Source of the DNA: Candidatus Eiseniibacteriota bacterium
GTDB taxonomy: Bacteria; Eisenbacteria; RBG-16-71-46
Direction of reading: 5' to 3'
Assembly (NCBI GenBank): GCA_038231135.1
Contig: JBBRLX010000010.1
Location: 51,925-115,924 of the forward strand
DNA length: 64,000 bases
The notes beneath the pieces were generated by a model. The model searched no databases and was not told the origin of the DNA. It worked only from the letters and a program-made list of their open reading frames with translations. The translations under genes and the position numbers were made by a program. Shown one piece after another: positions 41,200 through 50,793 of the stretch (positions are counted from its first letter, which is position 1; each line of letters opens with the position of its first letter).

Positions 41200-41227
41200 C
41201 CCTGACCCGGAATCCGGTCAGGGTTTT
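41200..41227 (+). terminator. Intrinsic terminator upstream of speB
   Basis: ccctgacc/ggtcaggg stem followed by TTTT. Confidence 0.55.
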
Positions 41228-41277
41228 ACGCTGTTTGAGCCCCGCACGCCGCGGGTCGCCTGCGAGGATCCGAGCGT

Positions 41278-42180
41278 ATGACCCAGCCTGACTGGCCCCA
41301 GGGCCTGCCGATCAACTTCGGCGGACTCGACGAAGCGTTCTCGGCGTTCGAGACCGCGCGCATCGCCGTGCTGCCGGTGCCGTATGACTTCTCGACGTCG
41401 TATCAGGGCGGCACCCGCGGCGGGCCGCGCGCGATGATCGAGGCGTCCCGCAACATGGAGGTATGGGACGACGAGCTGGGCGCCACGTACCGCGCCGGGA
41501 TTCACACGCTGCCCGAGCTCGAGCCGACGGCGCTCGGACCCGAGGCGATGGTGGAGCGCGTGGAGCAGGCCGTGACCTGGATCCTCGCCCACGGCAAGCT
41601 GCCCGCGGTGCTGGGAGGCGAACACAGCATCACCGCCGGCGTGGTGCGCGCGCTGCATCGCAAAGTGCCGAAGCTGTCGGTGCTCCAACTCGACGCGCAC
41701 GCCGACATGCGCGACACCTACCTCGACTCGCCCTACAGCCACGCCTGCGTGATGCGGCGCATCCGCGAGCTCGTGCCCGCCGCGTCGGTGGGCATCCGCT
41801 CGTTGAGCGAGGAGGAGGCGTCGTACCTCGCCGCGCACCCCGCGCCGATGTGGAGCACGCGCGCGTTCCGCGCGCTCAACGGCAACTGGCAGCCGGTGCT
41901 CGACGCGCTGACGGACGACGTGTTCGTCACGTTCGACCTCGACGCGCTCGACCCGTCGCTGCTGCCGGGCACCGGCACGCCCGAGCCCGGCGGCCTCGAC
42001 TGGTACGAGGCCGTCGATCTGCTCGCGGCGGTGGCCGCGAAGAAGCGCATCGTCGGGTTCGACATCGTCGAGCTCGCGCCGACGCCCGGCCAGGTGGCGT
42101 CGGACTTCCTCGCCGCGCGGCTGGCCTATCGCATGATGGGGCTCGTGCTCTCGAGCGTCCGCGAGCCGGTGGCCCGATGA
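41278..42180 (+). CDS. speB: Agmatinase
   Basis: GGEHSIT, DAHAD, SHAC, FDLDALDP..GTGTPEPGG, DIVE. Confidence 0.92.
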   Translation: MTQPDWPQGLPINFGGLDEAFSAFETARIAVLPVPYDFSTSYQGGTRGGPRAMIEASRNMEVWDDELGATYRAGIHTLPELEPTALGPEAMVERVEQAVTWILAHGKLPAVLGGEHSITAGVVRALHRKVPKLSVLQLDAHADMRDTYLDSPYSHACVMRRIRELVPAASVGIRSLSEEEASYLAAHPAPMWSTRAFRALNGNWQPVLDALTDDVFVTFDLDALDPSLLPGTGTPEPGGLDWYEAVDLLAAVAAKKRIVGFDIVELAPTPGQVASDFLAARLAYRMMGLVLSSVREPVAR

Positions 42181-43919
42181 CGGGACAGGGCCGCAGGGCC
42201 GAGCAGCGCGAGGCCGAACGCGTGCGAGCGGCGCGCGAGGGGGCGCGGCCGGGACGCAAGGGTGCGGGCGCCGCACGCGAGGGAGCACGGCCGGCACGGA
42301 AGGGCGCGGGCGCCGAGCGCCCGCCGGAACGTGGCGACGGAGCGGGTGCCGACCGGCGCGGGACGGGTGACGACCGCCGTGTCGCGCGGCCAATGCCGGG
42401 CGGCGGGCCGCGCGGATCCCAGGGCTCGACCAGTGCCTCGCGAGGGCTCGACGTGCCGCGAGAGCAGACGTCCGCCGCGCCGCGCAGGCGATCGCCCGCG
42501 GCGCCGCGCGGACGTTCCTCCGCGGGTCCGGGTGGGCGGTCCTCGACGGCGCCGCGGGATCGGTCCTCCGCCGAACCGCGGAGTCGGTCCGCCGCCGCGC
42601 CGCGCTGGCGCGAATCCAACGAGCGCGATTCGGCGCCGCGCCGCGAGCGACCGCCGGTCGCGGGCCGTCCGCGTCCGGCGGCCGCGCCGCGAGCGGACCG
42701 GCCCGACGACGCGCCGCGCATCGCGCCGCCCGCCGACACCACGGGCAAGCCGCGCATCATGCTGAGCAAGAACCAGGACCGCCGCGTGCGCGCCGGTCAC
42801 CCGTGGGTGTTCAGCAACGAGATCACCCAGGTGCTCGGCGCGCCCGCCAACGGCGACATGGTCGAGGTGCTGGATTTCCGCGGCGCCTATCTGGGCAGCG
42901 CCTACTACAATCATCACAGCCTGATCGCCGCGCGGCTGCTGACGCGCGGCCGCGATCCCATCGACACCGAGTTCTTCGTCAAGCGCTTCGAGCGCGCGCT
43001 GCGCCTGCGCGAGCAGACGCTGCCCGGTGCGACCGCGCTGCGTGTGGTCTATGGCGAGGCCGACCAGGTGCCCGGACTGATCGTCGACAAGTATGGCGAC
43101 TACCTCGCGGTGCAGATCCTGACCCTCGGCATCGAGGCTCGCGCCGACGAAGTGAAGGCCGCGCTCGAGCGCACGCTCGCGCCGCGCGGCGTCGTGCGCG
43201 TGTGCGACACGCCGTTGCGCGAGCTGGAAGGGCTGCCGCTCGAGCGCGGCCTGTGGTGGGGCGAGGTCCCCGAGCGCGTCGATCTCACCATGGATGGATT
43301 CCAGATCGAGGCCGACCTGTTCCACGGGCAGAAGACCGGGTTGTTCCTGGACCAGCGCATGAACCGCCGGCGCGCCGAGGCGCATGCGTCGGGCAGGCGG
43401 ACGCTGGATCTGTTCTGTTACCAGGGCGAGTGGTCGCTGCACGCGGCCCGCGGCGGCGCCACGGAAGTGATCGCGGTCGACTCGTCGGAGCCGGCGCTCG
43501 CGGCCGCGGCGCGCAATGCCGAGCGCAACGGCCTGTCGGAACGCATCCGGTTCGTGCGCGGCGACGTGTTCGACATGCTGCGCCGGATGGAGCTCGAGAA
43601 GCAGCGGTTCGGCCTCGTGGTGCTCGACCCGCCGGCGCTGATCAAGTCGCGCCGCCATCTGGACGCCGGCGTCCGCGCCTATCGCGAGCTGAATCGCGCC
43701 GCGATGTCGCTGCTCGACGCCGAGGGCGTGCTCGTCACCAGCTCCTGCAGCCACCACCTGGACGACGAGCTGTTCCGCCAGGTGCTGATGGAGGCCGCGC
43801 GCGCCGCGAAGCGGCCGTTCCGCGTGCTCGAATGGACCGGGGAATCGCCCGATCATCCGCAGCTGCTCGCGGTGCCGGAGACGCACTATCTCAAGTGTGC
43901 GGTGCTGCAGGCGATCTGA
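42177..43919 (+). CDS. RlmI-like PUA + class I SAM methyltransferase with long Arg-rich N-terminal extension (start uncertain)
   Basis: GHPWVFSNE, EADQVPGLIVD, GQKTGLFLDQR, LDLFCY.G, LDPPA, SCSH, ET.YLK. Confidence 0.88.
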   Translation: MTGQGRRAEQREAERVRAAREGARPGRKGAGAAREGARPARKGAGAERPPERGDGAGADRRGTGDDRRVARPMPGGGPRGSQGSTSASRGLDVPREQTSAAPRRRSPAAPRGRSSAGPGGRSSTAPRDRSSAEPRSRSAAAPRWRESNERDSAPRRERPPVAGRPRPAAAPRADRPDDAPRIAPPADTTGKPRIMLSKNQDRRVRAGHPWVFSNEITQVLGAPANGDMVEVLDFRGAYLGSAYYNHHSLIAARLLTRGRDPIDTEFFVKRFERALRLREQTLPGATALRVVYGEADQVPGLIVDKYGDYLAVQILTLGIEARADEVKAALERTLAPRGVVRVCDTPLRELEGLPLERGLWWGEVPERVDLTMDGFQIEADLFHGQKTGLFLDQRMNRRRAEAHASGRRTLDLFCYQGEWSLHAARGGATEVIAVDSSEPALAAAARNAERNGLSERIRFVRGDVFDMLRRMELEKQRFGLVVLDPPALIKSRRHLDAGVRAYRELNRAAMSLLDAEGVLVTSSCSHHLDDELFRQVLMEAARAAKRPFRVLEWTGESPDHPQLLAVPETHYLKCAVLQAI

Positions 43920-44300
43920 GGGGCTGGGCCTTTGTCACGAGCCGCTGGATCTTCGATGCGTACCTACGGGATCGGTATCCACAGCTTTATAAGGAATTGA
44001 CGAAAGACTCCGGTCTTGTCGTGGCGACTCTGTTTACGTCTGATCGCTCTCGAGAAATGCAAGATTTCCGCGAGAGCCATGATGGCAACACCGAGGACAC
44101 GAAGTTGGTGCGGCTCAAACGCATTTCCGTCGTGCTGTGGAAGCCGCCAATCGTCTTCTTTCTCGCAGGTGTCGTACTCATCCTGGCGGCCGCTGGCGTG
44201 GCCATGCTCCTTGGGCACCGCGTCCAGACAGGTCGGTAGTTGCTTGGCATCGCTCCTGACGTTGCGGGCGCACGGGCAGCACGCTGCGCGATCCCAGCCC

Positions 44301-44643
44301 TCAGCCTTCAGGCGCCGGCCTCTCAGGAGGCGTGGTCGCCGCCTCTGCCCCACTCGCCGCCTCTTCACCTCGTTCAGATAACTCAACTGCCACGAATTCC
44401 ACCCGATAGCGTGGAGTAAACGGAACGCTCGTGGCGCGCAGCTGAGTCATCTGGGATGTGTCGAACGCCTTGATGTGCGTTGAGCCCTGTTCCCAAGCGT
44501 AGAGTAGAAGGTTGCCAGTGCGAGCCCGACGCAATGAGTACGGCTCTGCTCTGCGGAGCCTGCCGTGATAGGAAAACTCAACCAGTAGGCGGTTCGCGCC
44601 AGCGAATCGCGCTGCCTCGAGGCCCACGCTCTCGCGCGATCAT
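44301..44643 (-). pseudogene. Remnant of AbiEii-type toxin: N-terminal MIARE joined out of frame to C-terminal WYL-like domain
   Basis: ATG at 44643 overlaps the antitoxin stop (ATGA) and ends after 21 codons. A separate frame (44627) reads RFAGANRLLVEFSY..R.AEPYSL..GNLLL..F.PRY.VE. Confidence 0.7.
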
Positions 44644-45479
44644 TTGCTCGTCTCGGGCCCAACGATTATCGCATTGGCCCACAATCCCCAGCGTTTGCTC
44701 AGTCGGCCTCGCGAGCGAATGGAGGGGTCGAGTTTGACGATCCCACTCGTCCGACGAGCGCGCGCCGCCTCGACTAACCCCGAGTCCCCGAGGTCGAGGG
44801 CCTCGGCGAGGAACCCGAGCCGCTTGAAAGCGGCACCGGTTCCGATCCCTCCCAATTCTTCAAGGAGTCGCGCTGGCCGCCAATGCTCGCTCTCTCGGTA
44901 GGCCACGAGAACGGCGGCGAGATGGCGGATTCCGCCGAGCCAGTCTGGCGAGACGAGCGCGTCGGCGATCGTGCGTTCGCGGCTTGAAGTCGCCAGTCGA
45001 TCGCGCCCGCGCCACACGGTGCCCACGGCCTCAAGGCGTTTCCGGGGGACTTGAACAACATGAAAGTCGACGCCGGCAATGACCTGGTGTGTCCTTCGAA
45101 CTCCGGTCGCGGAGACCACAAAGGTTGAGTGGAAGATCTGCTCCGTCAAGTCCCAGTGCTCGGCTGCACTCCAACCTCCGATGTAGCACGGAGCGAAGAG
45201 TTCGTGCGCGAAAATCCACGTGTCCTCGACGACGCCGCTCACTGCAGCTTCCGATTCGAGCGGGAGAATCAAGTACATCCCCCGACGCAAGCGTTTCAGC
45301 CAGCCTTGGCGAGCGAGCCTCGCAAGTACTCCGGACGCTGAAGCAGGCGGAACTTCAAGGGCGTGGGTGGCTCTCGAGATGGTAAGAACTCCACCTCGGG
45401 CTACGCGAGCGAGGCTACGGAGGTAGCGCCCTGCGCGATAGTCAATTGCGAGTTTTTTCGACTCTTGCATCATAGGCAT
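44640..45479 (-). CDS. Type IV toxin-antitoxin AbiEi-family antitoxin
   Basis: wHTH LARLARQGWLKRLRRGMY, PCYIGGWSAAEHWDLTEQ, ERTIAD, KRLGFL, W.L..N. Confidence 0.85.
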   Translation of the reverse strand: MPMMQESKKLAIDYRAGRYLRSLARVARGGVLTISRATHALEVPPASASGVLARLARQGWLKRLRRGMYLILPLESEAAVSGVVEDTWIFAHELFAPCYIGGWSAAEHWDLTEQIFHSTFVVSATGVRRTHQVIAGVDFHVVQVPRKRLEAVGTVWRGRDRLATSSRERTIADALVSPDWLGGIRHLAAVLVAYRESEHWRPARLLEELGGIGTGAAFKRLGFLAEALDLGDSGLVEAARARRTSGIVKLDPSIRSRGRLSKRWGLWANAIIVGPETSK

Positions 45480-45515
45480 ACTCTGACCGCGTAAACATTG
45501 CCTATTGGACGTTAT

Positions 45516-45552
45516 CTGTAGCTACAGTATACCCCATGTAATTTTCGGTCAA
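45516..45552 (-). promoter_or_regulatory. Candidate abiEi promoter with palindromic operator
   Basis: TTGACC-N15-TATACT (short spacer). Perfect palindrome CTGTAGCTACAG (45516-45527) overlaps the -10. Confidence 0.5.
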
Positions 45553-45569
45553 AAGGTCGCCTGGAATTC

Positions 45570-45896
45570 CTAGCCTTCCGAAGCGGGCTCCGGAGCCGTA
45601 GTCACCGGGGTTTCGCCGCTCGCCGCCTTCTTCACCTCGTCCAGGTAGTTCATCCGCAACTCGGTGAGCACCTGCTGCAGCACGCGCGCCTCGTCGGGAT
45701 CGAGGTTGCCGCGCGTGCGGAGTTCCAGCGCGGCCAGCGTGTCGATCGTGTCGCGGGCGCCGTCGAGATCGCGCTCCACCTTGCGCGTCATCGGATTCAT
45801 CAGCTTGCCCAGCAGCATCATTGCGCTCTGCTGGAGGCCGAGTACCAAGTGCAGGAACAGCGCGGCCTGCCGCGGGGGATGCGTGTCGTTCGTCAT
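45570..45896 (-). CDS. DUF1844-like protein
   Basis: F..LV..L..SAM..LG...NP....E.DL..A..TID.L..L..RTRGNL...E...L..L..L. Confidence 0.82.
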   Translation of the reverse strand: MTNDTHPPRQAALFLHLVLGLQQSAMMLLGKLMNPMTRKVERDLDGARDTIDTLAALELRTRGNLDPDEARVLQQVLTELRMNYLDEVKKAASGETPVTTAPEPASEG

Positions 45897-46741
45897 GATG
45901 CGTCCTCCTGTTGCGCCCCGGCGCGGGCCTTGGCTTCGTCCCACAGCGCGTCCAGCTCTTCGAGCGTCGCGTCCGCGGGACGCCGGCCCTGCTCGGCGAG
46001 GCGTGTCTCGATGTGATGGAACCGGTCGCGGAACCGGCCGTTCGTGGCCCGCAGCTCGCGCTCGGGATCCACGCCCAAATGTCGCGCGACGTTGACGGCC
46101 GCGAACAACAGGTCGCCGATCTCGCCGGCCACGGCGCGGTTCCACGGCGCCGGGCGGGCATCGGCGCCGACCGCCGCGGTGGTTCCGGCCGCCAGGGCCT
46201 GCTCGACCTCGGCCAGTTCCTCGCGCACCTTCGCGAACGCGCCCTGGGCCGACGGCCAGTCGAATCCCACGGCCGCCGCCTTCTCCTGCGTGCGGAACGC
46301 GGCGATCAGCGCGGGCAGGCCCCTGGGCTGGCCGCCGAGCAACGACGTCGTCGTGCCGCCCTTCTCGGCCTGCTTGATCTCCTGCCACTGGCGATACGCG
46401 GCGTCGCCGTCCTTTACGGCCGCTCCGCCGTAGACGTGCGGATGCCGCCGGATCAACTTCTGCGACGCCCGCTCCATCGCTTCTGCGAGCCCGATCCCCG
46501 AACGCTCGCCGAGCAGCTCGAGGCAGAACACGGCGAGGAACATCACGTCGCCCAGCTCCTCGGCGATGTGTTCGGTGTCGCCCGAGGCGATTGCCTCGGC
46601 CGATTCCACGGCTTCCTCGGTCAGGTAGGGCGTCATCGTCTCGAGCGTCTGATCGCGGTCCCAGGGGCAGCCGTCCGGGCTCCGCAGGCGGCGGCAGACG
46701 TCGAGGAGTGCACCAAAGGCGTCACGTTCACGGTCGTTCAT
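45893..46741 (-). CDS. mazG: Nucleoside triphosphate pyrophosphohydrolase
   Basis: GCPWDRDQT, EELGD, KLIRRHPHV, GFDW, EIGDLLF. Confidence 0.94.
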   Translation of the reverse strand: MNDRERDAFGALLDVCRRLRSPDGCPWDRDQTLETMTPYLTEEAVESAEAIASGDTEHIAEELGDVMFLAVFCLELLGERSGIGLAEAMERASQKLIRRHPHVYGGAAVKDGDAAYRQWQEIKQAEKGGTTTSLLGGQPRGLPALIAAFRTQEKAAAVGFDWPSAQGAFAKVREELAEVEQALAAGTTAAVGADARPAPWNRAVAGEIGDLLFAAVNVARHLGVDPERELRATNGRFRDRFHHIETRLAEQGRRPADATLEELDALWDEAKARAGAQQEDAS

Positions 46742-46844
46742 ACCCTGAGCATAGCCAACGCGATCACGCGCGGCCAAACCAGCGTCCGCCGTCCGGCGGC
46801 AAGATTCGTCATCGGTCTCGTGCGAACGGCCGAGCGGATCCCGC

Positions 46845-47411
46845 CTATGCCGCGGCCGCCGGCCGCGAGCGCCGGCGGGCGAGCGTCACGACGAGCACGA
46901 TCAGGATCACGAGCGCGAGCAGCGGCACGAAGATGCCGAGCGCCAGCATTCCGACGGTGCCCGCGTCCTCGGCGGTCGACAGCAGCGGGTTCGCGTGGCC
47001 GAGCGTGACGGCGGTCGAGCCGATGCGGGTCTTCGCCTTGAGCGCGTGGATCGCCAGTGCGCCGCCGCCGAACACCACGCCCGCGATCTGCGCCCACGGC
47101 GAGGGCCAGTGGGTGAGCACGGCAACGCCCGCGATCCACGCGGCGATCGGCCGGATCGCGGTGCCGACGATGTCGAGCGCGTGATCCACCATCGGCACCT
47201 TGTCGCCGACGATCTCGATCACGGTGGCCACGCCGAAGCACACGAGCGCGGGCGTGGTTTCGAGCCAGTGCATGCCGTCCTTGAGCTCGATCCAGCCGAG
47301 CCGGCCCGCGACGCCCACCGCGAGCAGCGGCAGGAACGCGCGCAGGCCGCAGGCGGCCGAAACCACCACGCCGCTCGCAAGCGCCAGCACCAGAATCGGA
47401 TCGAATGTCAT
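46845..47411 (-). CDS. DUF4126-like membrane protein
   Basis: ACGLRAFLPL, E...DKVP.VDH.LD, NP..S..ED. Confidence 0.82.
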   Translation of the reverse strand: MTFDPILVLALASGVVVSAACGLRAFLPLLAVGVAGRLGWIELKDGMHWLETTPALVCFGVATVIEIVGDKVPMVDHALDIVGTAIRPIAAWIAGVAVLTHWPSPWAQIAGVVFGGGALAIHALKAKTRIGSTAVTLGHANPLLSTAEDAGTVGMLALGIFVPLLALVILIVLVVTLARRRSRPAAAA

Positions 47412-47699
47412 GGAATCACGCCTCCTGAACGTTTCGGAACCGCGTCGGACGACACCCTCGAACGCCGAGCGTACCCCAAATCGGCCCGGTCTGGCGCGGT
47501 GCAGGGCAGCGGAGGCGGCGCTTTGCGGTTCCCGGCCGCCGTCGCACCCGCCCGCGTCGTTCACAGGCGCGGGGCCGGCCGTTGGCCAGGCACCGCTCGC
47601 ATTGCGCCGGCCGCGCGTGGCCGACTATGCTGCGGCTCTTTTTCGACATGTTTGGACGAACTCGGGGCCGCTCTAGATTCGGGGGAATTGCCTGTGACG

Positions 47700-48929
47700 A
47701 TGCCGGTATCGACCTGGGCCGAGGTCGATCTCGACCGGTTCGCCGCGAACCTGGCGGTGATCACCGCCCAGATCGGGCCCGGTCACGAAATCCTGCTGGT
47801 GGTGAAGGCCGACGCCTATGGCCATGGCGCGGTCGAGATCGCCCGCGCCGCCGAGCGCGAGGGCGTCCAGCACTTCGGCGTCGCCACGCTCCACGAGGGC
47901 ATCCAGCTTCGCCAGGCGGGCTGCCGGCTGCCGATCGTCGTGCTGTCGCCGCTGCTGCCGAGCGAGATCGGCGACAGCGTCGAGCACCAGCTCGATCCCT
48001 CGATCGCCGATCTCGCGTTCGGCCGCGCGTATTCCGCGGCGGCGGAGCGGGTGGGCCGCCCGCTGCGATTCCACGTCGAGATCGATACGGGCATGGGCCG
48101 CGCCGGCGTACGCGACGCGGAATCGGATGCCTTCATCGCCGCGCTGTGCGCGCTGCCGGGCCTGAGACTCGCGAGCGTGTACACGCACTTTCCGGACGCC
48201 GACGCGGACGACCTCGAGTTCTCGCACGCCCAGGTCGCCCGGTTTCATGCGGCGCTCGAGCGGCTGGCCGCGCGCGGCATCACGCCGCCGCGGCTGCACG
48301 CTTCGAACAGCGCGGGCACGCTCAATCTGCCGGACGCGCGGTTCGACTGGGTCCGCGTCGGGCTGATCGCCTACGGGCACCAGCCGCCGCACGCGCGCGT
48401 GGCGCTGCCGTTCGCGCCGGTCATGGCGTTCAAGAGCCGGCTCGTCCAGGTGCGCGAACTGCCGGCCGGCTCGCCCGTGAGCTACGGGCGCTCGTTCGTA
48501 ACCCAGCGGCCGAGCCGGATCGGTGTCGTTGCGGCCGGCTACGGGCACGGGCTGTCGTGGCTGCTGTCGAATCGCGGCCACATGCTGGTCGGCGGCGAGC
48601 GCGTGCCGATCGTGGGGCGCGTCACGATGGATCTCACGATGGTCGACATCACGGGCGTGCCGTCGGCCGCGGTCGGCGATGAGGTGGTGCTGTTCGGCGA
48701 ACAGGGCGGCGCGTCGATCCCGCTCGAGGAGGTGGCCGCGTGGAGCGAGACGCTGCCCTACGAGATCATGTGCACGATCGGCAAGCGCGTCGCGCGCATC
48801 TACGTGCGCGGCGGCCGGCCGGTGAAGCTGACGTCGCTGGTGGGCGAGCGCGTGGAGTGGACCCAGCAGGCCGCCGAGCACTTCCGGCTGCGCGAGCTTG
48901 CCGTTGCCGCGGCGAAGCGGAGCCACTGA
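47700..48929 (+). CDS. alr: Alanine racemase
   Basis: VVKADAYGHG, DTGMGR.G, THF, HASNS, VSYG, GRVTMD. Confidence 0.95.
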   Translation: MPVSTWAEVDLDRFAANLAVITAQIGPGHEILLVVKADAYGHGAVEIARAAEREGVQHFGVATLHEGIQLRQAGCRLPIVVLSPLLPSEIGDSVEHQLDPSIADLAFGRAYSAAAERVGRPLRFHVEIDTGMGRAGVRDAESDAFIAALCALPGLRLASVYTHFPDADADDLEFSHAQVARFHAALERLAARGITPPRLHASNSAGTLNLPDARFDWVRVGLIAYGHQPPHARVALPFAPVMAFKSRLVQVRELPAGSPVSYGRSFVTQRPSRIGVVAAGYGHGLSWLLSNRGHMLVGGERVPIVGRVTMDLTMVDITGVPSAAVGDEVVLFGEQGGASIPLEEVAAWSETLPYEIMCTIGKRVARIYVRGGRPVKLTSLVGERVEWTQQAAEHFRLRELAVAAAKRSH

Positions 48930-50095
48930 TGCGCGTGTTCCTCGTGGTACTCGACGGCGTCGGCATCGGTGAGCTGCCGGACGCGGACCGCTACGGCGAC
49001 CGCGGCAGCAACACGCTGGGCCACGTGGCCGAGTCGGTGGGCGGGCTCAAGCTGCCGACCATGGAGCGGCTCGGGCTCGGCAACCTGCTCGACGTGCAGG
49101 GCGTGCGACCGCTGCGCGACACGCGGGGCGCGCGGGCGCGGATGACCGAGCGTTCGGCGGGCAAGGACAGCACGACCGGCCACTGGGAGATGGCGGGCAT
49201 CATCGTGGAGCAGCCGTTCCCCACGTACCCCGACGGCTTCCCGGAGGAGCTGCTCGACCGGTTCAGCGAGCGCGTGCAGCGCGGCTGGCTCGGCAACGTC
49301 GCCGCGTCCGGCACCGACATCATCGCCAGGCTGGGCGAGGAGCATCAGAAGACCGGGCGGCTCATCGTGTACACTTCCGCCGACAGCGTGTTCCAGATCG
49401 CGGCGCACGAAGACACGGTCCCGATCGACGAGCTGTACCGGGCGTGCCAGGCCGCCCGCGAGCTGCTCACCGGCGACAACGCGGTGGGACGCGTGATCGC
49501 GCGGCCGTTCACGGGCACGCCGGGGCATTACACGCGGACGGCGCGACGGCGCGACTTCTCGCTGGAGCCGCCCGAGGCGACACTGCTCGACCGCCTGACC
49601 GAGGCGGGCAAGCGGGTGGTCACGGTCGGCAAGGTGGACGAGCTGTTCGCGGGCCGCGGCGTGACCGAATCGCATCACACGACCGGCAACGGGGAAGGGC
49701 AGGAGCTGTTGCTCGATTTCGCACGCAGACCGGGAGAGGGACTGGTGTTCGCGAACCTGGTGGACTTCGATCAGGCATACGGGCATCGCAATGACCCCAA
49801 GGGCTTTGCCCGCGCGCTCGAGGAGTTCGACGGCTGCCTCGCCGAGCTGCTCGGCCGGCTGCGCTCCGACGAGGTGTGCATGGTGACCGCGGACCACGGC
49901 AACGACCCGACCACGCCGGGCACCGATCACGCGCGCGAATACACGCCGCTGCTCGTGGCCGGTCCGCGCGTGAAGCCCGCCGTCGACCTCGGCACCCGCG
50001 AAACGTTTGCCGACATCGGCTGCACGATCGCCGACATGCACGGCGTGACGCGCCCGGTCGTGGGCACGAGCTTCGTGCGCGAGGTGCGCTCGTGA
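48929..50095 (+). CDS. deoB: Phosphopentomutase
   Basis: [57 protein letters not shown]. Confidence 0.96.
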   Translation: MRVFLVVLDGVGIGELPDADRYGDRGSNTLGHVAESVGGLKLPTMERLGLGNLLDVQGVRPLRDTRGARARMTERSAGKDSTTGHWEMAGIIVEQPFPTYPDGFPEELLDRFSERVQRGWLGNVAASGTDIIARLGEEHQKTGRLIVYTSADSVFQIAAHEDTVPIDELYRACQAARELLTGDNAVGRVIARPFTGTPGHYTRTARRRDFSLEPPEATLLDRLTEAGKRVVTVGKVDELFAGRGVTESHHTTGNGEGQELLLDFARRPGEGLVFANLVDFDQAYGHRNDPKGFARALEEFDGCLAELLGRLRSDEVCMVTADHGNDPTTPGTDHAREYTPLLVAGPRVKPAVDLGTRETFADIGCTIADMHGVTRPVVGTSFVREVRS

Positions 50096-50265
50096 GCGCG
50101 CGGGCCCGCACGGTGCGGCGCGGGGCCGAAGACGCCGGCGACGTCGGCAACGGCGTCCGCAACGGCGGCCGTGCCGCGGAGGACGTCATCGTCGGAACCG
50201 TCGTGAGCGGGGCTGCGCGCCGCGCGGCCGCACGCGGCAACGGGGCCCGCAAGGCGGGGGCGCGC

Positions 50266-50793
50266 ATGTCGCCCGCCCGGCTGATGGCCGAGGCGGAGAT
50301 CGCCCGCCGCACCTCCTATGCGCCCTATTCGAAGTTCCGCGTGGGCGCCGCGCTGCTCACGGACGACGGCACCGTGGTGCACGGCTGCAACGTCGAGAAC
50401 GCCTCGTATGGCCTGTCGATCTGCGCCGAGCGCAACGCGATGTGGAAGGCGGTCAGCCAGGGCCTGCGCCGGTTCGTCGCCGTCGCGGTGACGGCGGAGC
50501 CGCGTCATGGCTCGACGCCGTGCGGAGCGTGCCGGCAGGTGCTGCACGAATTCGCTCCGGACCTGGACGTCTACTGGCGCGCGGCCGACGGCGGCATCCT
50601 GACCGCCAAGATCGAGCGCCTGCTGGCGCAGCCGTTCCGGCTGTTGCGCGCCCCGGGCAGGGTCCCCGCGCCCCGCGCCGGCAAGACCCCTCGCGCACCC
50701 CGCGCGCGCGCGGCCGTCGGCGTCCGCACGAAACCGTCCGCGCGCATCGGCCGCCGTCCCCGCGCGGCCCGCACGAGGAGTTCCGCACGATGA
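50266..50793 (+). CDS. cdd: Cytidine deaminase (alternative GTG start at 50092)
   Basis: [33 protein letters not shown]. Confidence 0.93.
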   Translation: MSPARLMAEAEIARRTSYAPYSKFRVGAALLTDDGTVVHGCNVENASYGLSICAERNAMWKAVSQGLRRFVAVAVTAEPRHGSTPCGACRQVLHEFAPDLDVYWRAADGGILTAKIERLLAQPFRLLRAPGRVPAPRAGKTPRAPRARAAVGVRTKPSARIGRRPRAARTRSSAR

